Positions 42,801-54,833 of a stretch of DNA of 64,000 nucleotides are shown here, piece after piece. Within the stretch, counting starts at the first letter, position 1. The number at the start of each line of letters is the position of its first letter. Below the pieces are notes generated by a model. The model searched no databases. It was not told where the DNA came from and was given only the letters and a program-made list of their open reading frames with translations. The position numbers and the translations under genes are program-made. This stretch comes from Octopus sinensis (lineage: Eukaryota): contig NC_043007.1 of assembly GCF_006345805.1 (NCBI RefSeq), positions 14,508,001 to 14,572,000 of the forward strand, written 5' to 3'.

Positions 42801-45800
42801 TATGTAGACCACATACCCCAAAGTAGCACCCATATGTGTATATGTAAGCATATACCTACCCACTCATCAATAGCTGATGACTTTGTATTCTGGCAACTAG
42901 AAAAGAGAAAGAAAATTATTATACATTAATATAACTATTTGAAAGATTCATTCTACATTTACTGTTTCACTTACATTATTCTAGAACATAACTGGAACAG
43001 CCTATTTGCTGGGAAAACTGTTTTTATGTTGAGATATTAATTTACTGATAAGCACCGAAAGAATAGAATTTTGTCTTTTGTATAAAACTAGGGAACTGGA
43101 GCTAGCAGAGTTAATGGTATTGCTCAAGGAAGGTGGTGAGCTGGCTGAATCATTAGCACACCGGGCGAAATGCTTAGCAGTATTTCATCTGCTGCTACGT
43201 TCCAAGTTCAAATTCCGCCGAGATTGTTTTGCCTTTCATCCTTTCAGAGTCGATTAAATAAGTACCAGTTACGCACTGGGGTCAATGTAATCGACTTAAT
43301 CTGTTTGTCTGTCCTTGTTTGTCCTCTCTGTGTTTAGCCCCTTGTGGGTAGTAAAGAAATAGGTATCTTTGGTTGGCCCGAGGCTATAGTCAAAGACACT
43401 TGCCCAAGGTGCCAGGCAGTGGGACTGAACCCAGAACCATGTGGTTCGTAAGCAAGCTACTTATCACACAGCCACTCCTATGCCCATAGGAAAAAAAATT
43501 TTCATTAAAAGATAACATTACTTTTAACATCATCTTACATATTAGAACATCTACAATATAGGTGTATAGTGTGGATTACATATGTAAAAATGTGTGTATT
43601 GAGCAACCTAATGATCTTAGATGGAATTGTCATCTGCGTAGTCTAGATCCTTGACAGAAAAGTTGTGCCCAACTCCCAGCTCCCCTTCAGGGTTGGCGAA
43701 AGCGATGTGGTGGACAATGAAAAACCTGGCTGATGACAGTCAAGGCTGATCTGGAACCCAACCTAGGCCTCCATATCTACAGCTTTCACCGCTGGAATAA
43801 GGAATGGTTGGAGATCATGCGGTCGTTAGCCTCAAATCGCCAGGTCCAGTCGGCGCTTGTGAGAGATGCAGCATTGAGGATGAATGAAGCCAGCTCAAAC
43901 CACCCCAGGTGAATGCTGTCTCAAGACAAGAAGACTTAGATGGAACTACATTATGATTCCAAGTGGAATAAAATTTTTAAAAAAAAGCTGTAAGGATGTG
44001 TCAAGTGTAATAAAGAAAACATTACTAATTAATCAACTTACTTTTCCACAGCTTGGTATCGGCCAGAATCAGACGCTCCATCAGTGAACCACCTTCAGCA
44101 GGCTGCATGGCTAACTTACAAAATAAATATCGCAGCCCATCTACAGAGAAATAAACAAAAGATGAAAAATAGTTCATGACAATAACAATAAAAATAATTT
44201 TCAAAAAAGAGACCGTAAGTCTATATTTAAAATTTAAATGTTAAAATTCAAAATAAAGATTCTTTGTAAATAACCTTTTCTGAAATGTACATCGACTACC
44301 CTCAATCGACTTCCGGTACATCGACTACCCTCAATCATTATTCTTCATTCATTATATCCGCCTCCATTCACTCACTGCCCCTCACTCTCCCCATGCACTC
44401 TTGTAACCTCTATACTCAACCAGACCCACCATTCTTCTGCCCTCACTCACTCCTACCTTTGAGGATCCATCCTGACACCTAATCACCTTTATTTTTATCT
44501 CTTTCCAGCTCCATCCCATTTACTTTTATCCTCTCTTCTATCATGTGAGTGGCCATGTTGCTCAACAGCAAGAAACCTGTTCTTTTATGGCCCCTATTTT
44601 CATATCTCAATCTCTCATCTCCTACCATAAAGCCATTCCCTTTCTATTATAGCTCCAATCAGTCAAAGAGGATCTCAGTCTTGCAATCTGAAAGGCAACC
44701 TCACTAGTACTGGTGCTATATAAAAAAGCATCTGGTACAGTCTGTAAAGTGGCTGGTGTAAGGAAGGGCACCCAGCCACAGAAGCCATGCCAAAACAGAC
44801 AATGGAGCACAATGCAGTCCTCAGATCTGTTGGATCCTAACAAACAGTCCAACCTATGCTAACATGGAAGCTGGACATAAAAACAGAAATGCTGATAGTG
44901 ACAGATAATAATCTCAACTGTTACTATGTTTTTTTTCTTTTAACTGACAAAAACCTCAACAAAAAAGTCACAGAACTCAAAAAGTATCAAACCCAGACAT
45001 GATTTAACTTCATATTAGTGAAATCATCATTGTTTAATGTCTGCTTTCCATGCTAGCATGGGTTGGACGATTTTGACTGAGGGCTGGCGAACCAGATGGC
45101 TGCACCAGACTCCAATCTTGATCTGGCAGAGTTTCTACAGCTTGATGCCCTTCCTAACGCCAACCACTCTGAGTGTAGTGGCTGCTTTTTACATGCCACC
45201 GGCACGGGGGCCAGTCAGGCTGTACTGGCAACGACCTATATCAAAATCTTTTTACACATGCCACCGGTACAGGTGCCAGTAAGGCGACACTGGTAAAGAT
45301 CACGCTCGAATGGTGCCTTTTACGTGCCACAGACATGGAAGCCAGTTAGCCGCTCTGATGGTGCTCTTGGCACCCTACTATAATGCTAAATAAATAACAT
45401 AAAACATCTACCACATTGACAACAAGAGGATAAATATGACATTGGTGTTTATACCATACCTGATTTAGAAATTATATACTGCAACCATTGAATAGATTTT
45501 AGCGCAAACTTCTGATGGGAAACAACAGTTGTATGCATAACCTGAACCTTGAGAGGCTTGGAGCTCCCTCGAGATGACATTTGCTACAAAAGAAAGGGCC
45601 AAAGAAGTCGGTTATTTCAGCAAATAGTTAAGCTTGTTCTCAATATAAGAATAATAACTGTAGAGACGAAAAAATTCCATAAAATTTGCTGAGCAATTAC
45701 TGGCATACACCGCCAGAGTTTGAAACCTGCCACAGGCAGTAGAAAGTAAAGTTGGTGATGCCCTTTATTGGACTCGTCTCATCTTTTGTTTCCTTTCTTT

Positions 45801-48429
45801 TAATATTTGGCGTTTACCAATGTAAAGGCTATTTTTGTTGTTTGTTCCTTCCCGAGCCATGCCTGGCTCATAAGGGCTGGTTTCCCAGCTTCCTTGGCAT
45901 ATAGGTTCCCCACCTGGATGGGACACAGTCCGTCGCAGGTGAGCTGCAAGATGCAGGAAGAAAGGGTGAGAGAAAGTTGTGGCGAAAGAGTCAGTAGAAG
46001 TTCACCATTACCTTCTGCCGGAGCCACGTGAAGCTTAGGTGTTTCACTCATAAACACACACATCACCCGGTCTTAGATTTGAACCCGCGATCCCTCGACC
46101 ACGAGTCCGCTGCTCTAACCACTAGGCCATGTGCCTCCACAAAGGCTATTTACAGAGGGAACATGGGAAAAGAGGAACATCTACAGAGTACAGGATGAAG
46201 GATTGCATGTCTTATAGTTAGGGAGTGTGCGTGTGAGAGGGAAACAGTGTCTGATATGCAAAGGTAATACAATGGACCAGTTTGAAAAGAAGCAGAGGCA
46301 GTTAACAGGTTTCTGGACAAAATAACAGGAAGAATAGGTAGAAAAGGGCAAAAGGCCATTTTTGTTAGATAAATTAGCTAAGAAGAGGTCAGTGGTTTCA
46401 AGGGAAACCAGCTGTGAAATGCTTTTTCCAATGATTTACAGTGAAATGCAAAATTGAAGAACACTGCAATACAGTAAGCTGATACAATTAAAATTTGGTT
46501 TAGTGAAATAATTCCTTTTGTCTTGGGTACATGACAATTTTATTGAAGAAATGAAGATACAGTTCATAAAACTGATCCTAGTAACATAATGAAGCTGATA
46601 TTATCCTCGGAGAGGTAAAAGACAAAGTAGATAATGCAGACAATCCCAAACATTTTAAATTCAGAAACAAGAGATATGATACTGAATATTTTAAATCATT
46701 TAATTTGGTTCTCTATTTTCAAAAACCACCTCCACTGCCCTACTTTATCAAAAATTAAATTCAATACAATAACTAAAAATAAAAAGTATACATACTTCAA
46801 TTTGTTTTCTTGCTTTATCACAAACGTTGAAACCTCCAGTTTTTATACCACTTCTTCCCTGAAAGTAGAAATGGCAAACACCAAGAGAATGAAATCATTT
46901 TTCAAGGCGTATTTCAAAGTGGATGATCCAGCTATAAATAAAAGCATGTTAATATATCTGGTTAAAAAAAACCCTTAAATGAAAAAGAAGAAAAAAAAAC
47001 CCCCCAAAAAAAAAACCGGAAGACTACCTGCAAGAAACAAATCTTGCATCTTCTTTCCCATAAAAGATGTATTCACCAATTATACTAAAATAATCTACAG
47101 TACTTCCATCAAATTAAGCGCTTTGATCTGACAAGTATGAAAATAGGCCTGAGAAGCTTCGAGAAATATACTCTTTTTTACTCTTTTACTTGTTTCAGTC
47201 ATTTGACTGCAGCCATGCTGGAGCACCGCCTTTAATCGAGCAACTCGACCCCGGACTTATTCTTTTTGTAAGCCCAGTACTTAATCTATCGGTTTCTTTT
47301 GCCGAACCGCTAAGTAACGGGGACATAAACACACCAGCATCGGTTGTCATGCACACAAACACACACACGCATATATATATACACATATATACGACGGGCT
47401 TCTTTTCAGTTTCTGTCTACCAAATCCACTCACAAGGCTTTGGTCGGCCCGAGGCTATAGTAGAAGACACTTGCCCAAGGTGCCACGCAGTGGGACTGAA
47501 CCCGGAACCATGTGGTTGGTAAACAAGCTACTTACCACACGTAAATAAATAATTTTTATGATGTGGATACAATCAAAGATAATAAATTTGTAATATATCA
47601 AAAGAATGATTTAGTTTCGAGGTTTAATATCTCTTAGTACTTTTGCTCTTCAAAGTCATAAAAAAAAAACTAAAAGTTAATGAAAATTTATTACTGTTTG
47701 GAAACGAGAAAAATTCCTCCTCTGCTGAATATATTTATATAAATAAGAGAATGGGCATTTAACAAAACAGCTTCTATGAGTAAATAAATAATTTACATCA
47801 TGAAACTGCAGCTAAGTTAAAGTAAAACGATCTGTTTAAATCTATGTCTAGATTAAGTGTAGTAACTCTACACTGCTAAATTGGCTCTACTTTGATCCTT
47901 AAGTCCTGTTTTGATAAACAAGAGCAAGCCTAATGCTTTATTTAAAAGGACACAATCCTATACCAACTCATAACTCTTCAAACTTTATTGATACAGTCAT
48001 TGTAACTCCTCAGCCTCTCCTTGTAGGATGCACGTGAAACAGCTGGTGGAGGATAAGTATGTACTTGACTGACAAATGGGATGATTAGAAAAAGTGTCAT
48101 GTAGTCTGATATTAAACACTACACCAAATTCATTCAGAAATTTATTACACACAGATTTCGGACATGCACACACAGCTGTTTGGCTGATGTCCACTTTGCA
48201 ATCATGTGGTTTCAGGTTCAATCCCATGGGTCTGCGCCTCAGGCTGGTGTCTTCTACTATCGCTTTGGACTGAGCAATGCCTTGTGTGTTTGGTAGACAG
48301 AAACAGTATTAAGTCCACTGTGTGTATATGTTCATGTGCAAATATTTGGGCAAGTGTCTTCTACTATAGCCTCAGGCCGACCAAAGCCTTGAGTGGATTT
48401 GGTAGACAGAAACTGAAAGAAGCCCGTCG

Positions 48430-48466
<37 letters not shown>

Positions 48467-51400
48467 ATGTTTGTGTGTCTGTGTTTGTCCCCCCCCCACC
48501 AACATTGCTTGACAACCGATGCTGGTGTGTTTACGCCCCCGTAACTTAGCGGTTTGGCAAATGAGACCGATAGAATAAGTACTAGGCTTACAAAGAATAA
48601 GTCCTGGGGGTCGATTTGCTCGACTAAAGGTGGTGCTTCCAGCATGGCCACAGTCAGATGACTGAAACAAGTAAAAGAGTAAAGAGTAAGCTCTTGTTTG
48701 AACCTACTGCTACCAACTTTGCACATCAAACTGGGTTTGATGAAACAGTTCGTTAAATCTTTGCCTGCAGATGAACCATGTTTGCAGTATCTCTCAAAAA
48801 TAAATTCCCAAATATAACATCATCATCATCATCGTTTAATGTCTGTTTTCCATGCTAGCATGGGTTGGACGGTTCAACTAGGGTCTGAGGAGCCAGTAGG
48901 CTGTGCCAGGCCCAGTCTGATCTGGCAGTGTTTCTACAACAGGATGCCCTTCCTAACGCCAACCACTCTGAGTGTAGTGGGTGCTTTTTACGTGCCACCT
49001 GCACAGGTGCCAGACGAGGCTGGCAAATGGCCACGATCGGATGGTGCTTTTTACGTGCCACCGGCACGAGAAAATTAATGCAGGAATATTTGTTGGTCCT
49101 AACATTCATAATCTAAGGATAGACTCAGATTATGAGTTTCAAGTGTGTTGTCGAGAACTTTTTGAGAAACGATAAGTGTTCAAATTACAAGGTCAGCTGA
49201 CACCATGTTGCAAAACTTCAAAAAGCTTGGGTACAACATGTGTTAAAATGCACTTCTTTCATCATCATCATCGTTCGACCGGGGATCTGGGAAGCCAGAA
49301 GGCTGCACCAGGCTCCAGTCTTATCTGGCAATGTTTCTACAGCTGGATGCCCTTCCTAATTCCAACCACTCCATGAGTGCAGTGGGTGCTTTTTACGTGC
49401 CACCTGCACACACCATAACTATTTCCCAGAGAACCTTGACAATCTAAATGAAGAACATGGTCAGAGACTTCCTCCAGGACATTAAAGGAATGGAGTAGAG
49501 GTGGAATGTAAACATGATGGCAGATTGCTGCTGGACCCTAAAGAGAGGAAATCAAAGAAAAGGAAGTTTGAAAAGGAGTAAAATTACTTTAAACCCATGG
49601 TAAGTACATTAAAGATATATACTTAGTCATTATGTAGGCCTTCATACTTTAATCATATCTTTTTTATTATTGTTCTAGTCACTCATTCTTAATTTCATCA
49701 TATTTTTATCTAGAAGTCTTCTACTAGGCGCAGGAGTGGCTGTGTGGTAAGTAGCTTGCTTACCAACCACATGGTTCCAGGTTCAGTTCCAATGGGCAAG
49801 TGTCTTCTACTATAGCCTCAGGCTGATCAAAGCCTTGTGAGTGGATTCGGTAGACGGAAACTGAAAGAAGCCCGTCGTATATATGTATATGTGTGTGTGT
49901 GTGTCTCCCCAACATCGCTTGACAACCGATGTTGGTGTGTTTACATCCCCATAACTTATTGGTTCAGCAAAAGAGACTGATAGAATAAGTACTAGGTTTA
50001 CAAAGAATAAGTCCTGGGGTCGATTTGCTCGACTAAAAGGCGGTGCTCTAGCATGGCCACAGTCAAATGACTGAAACAAGTAAAAGAGTAAAAAGGGAAT
50101 GAATGACAAGAAAAATCATCATATCTTTGGCAGTCATTTGTGCAAAATCTGTACATGATACGCAAAAACTAAAAACATAGTTGAAATCAGCATTAAAAAA
50201 AAAAAAAAAACAGTTCAGAATCACCTGTAAGTAGACAATTATCATTTACTTCGTTTAAAAATGCAGGCTTGTGTAATTAAAACAACTTACTTCTCGGTCA
50301 ACAGTTGTAGAAAAGTCTGCTGCTTGTTTTGCTGAGCAGTCAACTGCTTTTTGAAGTGTATTGATCACCTACAGTGGACAAGGCAACAAGAGGGAGGACA
50401 TTAGTAAAATCGTAGACTTTTAGGCCACAGTTATTAATACAGTTTAATGTTAATCAAAAGATAAATTTGAAGAATTAATTACTACCATAAAGGAAACTTA
50501 GAAACATTTGAGTTTTGTAATGTTATTAGAACTTTCAGTAAGTTATCTGTCAAATACTAGACAGTAATCAAGTAAATATGTTACCTTAACAATGTCCCTA
50601 ATGTTAAATCTACCATATGGAAGTATATACACAAGTATATTTTAATCTTACTATATTCCTTTATTGATCTTTCCAAAATGACTATAGCTCCATCAGTGAT
50701 AACTAATTGTAGCTCTAATCCAGGCCTGGACAACTTGAATTACATTGTGGGCCACTTGTATACTGACAGAATTGAAAACATTTTGCTTTCTCATGTTATT
50801 ATTACAATAATGAATGAATGCTTGTCACTTCAACATGAAATATTTTCATTGCAAAAACAGTAGTAGCTTTCTTTTTTTACTTTTCATTAAAATCTTTAAT
50901 TTTTGATAAAATTGTTTAAATATTTCAAGAAAGTATCAAGTCAGCCACAAGATAAAAGTCTGCAGGTCACATGTGGGCCTCAGGTTGGCCAGCTCTGCTC
51001 TAATCCATACCATCAATTACATGTAGCAATAACTCTAAGCTAAATTGCCTGTAAATATCTAATGCAAGTTAGAGTCTATATCATCTTTGATCACTAATGA
51101 TTCTTCTAAACCAATGGTATTCAACCATTTTTTCAAATGCTGCCGAGATCGATGTAATTGATTTAACCCTTCTCCCACAATTGCTGGTCTTGCAATTTGA
51201 AATTAATACCATGGAGCTGTAATGCATAGTGCCGTGGGTGTTAAGATATTAAAGACATAACCAAATTTCCAGCATTTTGAGCTACTTAACCTTTTTGTTA
51301 CCATATTTCTTTTGAGATGCTCTGTGTTTCTTTCAATTAATTTTAAATATAACAAAGAATTTAGTAAAATAACTTAGTTATCATTAAGCTAGTGTTAGGA

Positions 51401-53721
51401 ATATAAATTGTGAGTATGGTCTGGTGGAAGATTTTAATTCAAATCTTATGAAAACAAGACATTTTTATTACTGAGCCAGGGCCGGTTTAAGGCGGATTGA
51501 TATCAGAAGGGTTGATTAAAAATATCATGGTGACTAACTCTTTTGTTACCATTGTTGAGATGCTCTGTGTTTCTTTCAATTAATTTTAAATATAACAAAG
51601 AATTTAGTAAAATAACTTAGTTATCATTAAGCTAGTATTAGGAATATAAATTGTGACTAAGGTTTGGTGGAAAATTTTAATTCAGAAATTTTGAAAACAA
51701 GACATTTGTACTACAGAGCCAGAGGCAGTTTCAGCTGGGTTGGTTTCAAAAAGGTTAAGAATTGTTTCTCTATTACATATTTTAACCCTTTTGTTACCAT
51801 ATTTCTGTTGAGATGCTCTGTGTATCTTTCAATAACTTTAGATATAACAAAGAATTTAGTAAAATAACTTAGTTATCATTAAGCTAGTGTTAGGAATATA
51901 AATTGTGACTAAGGTCTGGTGGAAGATTTTAATTCAGAACTTTGCAAAACAAGACATTTGTACTACAGAGCCAGAGGCAGTTTCAGCTGGGTTGGTTTCA
52001 AAAAGGTTAAGAATTGTTTCTCTATTACATATTTTAACCCTTTTGTTACCATATTTCTGTTGAGATGCTCTGTGTATCTTTCAATAACTTTAGATATAAC
52101 AAAGAATTTAGTAAAATAACTTAGTTATCATTAAGCTAGTGTTAGGAATATAAATTGTGACTAAGGTCTGGTGGAAGATTTTAATTCAGAACTTTGCAAA
52201 ACAAGACATTTGTACTACAGAGCCAGAGGTGGTTTCAGCTGGGTTAATATCAAAAGAGTTAAATCATATTAATTGTCCCAAACTAATAGCCGTAATTTTC
52301 TTCATTAGGATAACTACTCACTTTATCAGTTCATGGGAAAAAGTGCACACTTACTTGGTCGAATGTGTGCAACTCATCATTAAAGAGAATGGTGACAAAC
52401 AAATCATCAGGCTCGCCATCAGGTCTGAGATCAAAGGGTAGACTGTCGTAGCTCTCCCAAGTCATCATATCTATAGCATACTGTAGCACAGAAATGAAGA
52501 GATCGCTGGCACGGGCTATTAGTTCATCAGGAAGAGAAGCAAGGCGATCCTAGAACAGAGGGAAAGTTTAAAAATGAAAAAAAAAAAACACATCAATGCT
52601 TTCAACAAAGTTACAGCAACAAATACATATTTCTTTACTACCCACAAGGGGCTAAACACAGAGGGGACAAACAAGGACAGACAAACGGATTAAGTCGATT
52701 ATATCGACCCCGGTGCGTAACTGGTACTTATTTAATCGACCCCGAAAGGATGAAAGGCAAAGTCGACCTCGGCGGAATTTGAACTCAGAACGTAGCGGCA
52801 GACGAAATACCTATTTCTTTACTACCCACAAGGGGCTAAACACAGAGGGGACAAACAAGGACAGACAAACGGATTAAGTCGATTATATTGACCCCGGTGC
52901 GTAACTGGTACTTAGTTAATCAACCCCGAAAGGATGAAAGGCAAAGTCGACCTCGGCGGAATTTGAACTCAGAATGTAGCGGCAGACGAAATACTGCTAA
53001 GCATTTCGCCCGGCATGCTAACGTTTCTGCCAGTTCGCCGCCTTAGCAACAAATACAGCCAAATGGAGAGTATATGTGGTAGGTAAAACCTATCAGAAAT
53101 AGGAGGTTGAACAATCAGCTTTAAAACAGGGAAGACAGAATGGATAATGTAGTTCTAGATGTGTTATGACTGAAATTAAGACAAGGTCTGCCAGTTGCGG
53201 GCAGTCCTATGGTTAAACAACAATGATGACAGTGTCTCAATTAGACTGCTAATTACACTAATTTATCTAGTAACTTTTAATACATGCAGTGATAAAAGGG
53301 GTGAATATATAACTCCAGAATCAATTTAATTGTTTGTGAGGTAGGATCGAACCGCTGGACAGGGGACTTGTCTAATCTGTGTCAGTGAGGATATGAGGAG
53401 AGGAGGGGGGGAACAAAAAAAAAATCCCGCAGAAGCAACAATGATAACGATGATGAATTACATGTTGTATTTGCAAAATGCAAGTGTGTCTAAGATATTC
53501 ACCTGTGAATCTGAGGACCATAAGTTCAAATCCACTGTAATCTTTTCATTCTGTTTCTACACAGAATGCCCCCAGTTTACTTAACTGTAATAAAAACAAT
53601 TTTCTGAGGAAGTTATCAGTGCTAGGTCAGGAACTTCAGGACTTAGAAGATGTACCTATTGACACTTTGTTTCTTTATGAATTAGAAAAAGATTACGTTT
53701 AACATATGTAGGCAGGTAGAG

Positions 53722-53752
<31 letters not shown>

Positions 53753-54794
53753 GGGAGGAATTACAACTGCGTTTCGTGGTCTGCTACCACAACAGCTCCT
53801 TTATAGGATCCAGTTAGCTCAAGACGTCATCAGGAGGAACCACGTCTGGTTTCGGCCCCTACTCCTCTACCGTTTTGACGTGGCGGCCCCACCTCCACTT
53901 TCGGAGGTGTCTTCAGCTCTGGTGTTGGGTGCATGTCTTCTTCCTTCTATTCCCTGGCTTCTTCGATGTGTCGTCAGCAAGTGTCAGCTGGTGACTGACT
54001 GACTTGTCAAATTTTTTCCCTTTAAATACCTGCCGCTAGGCTCCAGCAGGCAGCCCCAGCATCACACATTTTCTGCTTTAAAAGTTAATCATAGAAAAAA
54101 AAACCCTTTACCATCCCTGACTCTGACACAACAACCAGTTTTGTCTGAAAGCAGAAGAGATGCAATAGTAGCCAAGCAGATGAAGACTGCATTCATATGC
54201 AATCACTGGCTTTCAGATGTGATTTCAGTAGGACACTGAAAGACATCCTTTTGCATTTATTTGAGTGTATGTTTATGTGAAAGAGACAGACAGACAGACA
54301 GAAGAAAGAAATGAAAATGGTAGGAACAGAAGAGAAAAAAATGAGAAGAAAGGGGGGAAGAACAAGGAGAAGACAGAAAAGCAGAAGAGGGAGGAGTAAA
54401 GCAGAGAGTGGGAGGGAGAAAAGCAAAGAGAGGGAGGGAGAAAAGCAGAGAGAGGGAGGTAGAAAAGCAGAGAGAGGGAGGGAGAAAAGCAGAGAGAGGG
54501 AGGGAGAAAAGCAGAGAGAGAGAGGGAGAAAAGCAGAGAGAGAGAGAGGGAGAAAAGCAGTGATAGAGATAGAGAGGGAGAAAAGCAGAGAGAGAGGGGG
54601 GAGAAAAGCAGAGAGAGAGAGAAAGAAAAGTGAGAGAGGGAGGGAGAAAAGCAGAGAGAGAGGGAGGGAGAAAAGCAGAGAGAGAGGGAGGGAGAAAAGC
54701 AGAGAGAGAGGGAGGGAGAAAAGCAGAGAGAGAGGGAGGGAGAAAAGCAGAGAGATAGGGAGGGAGAAAAGCAGAGAGATAGAGAGGGAGAAAA

Positions 54795-54833
<39 letters not shown>

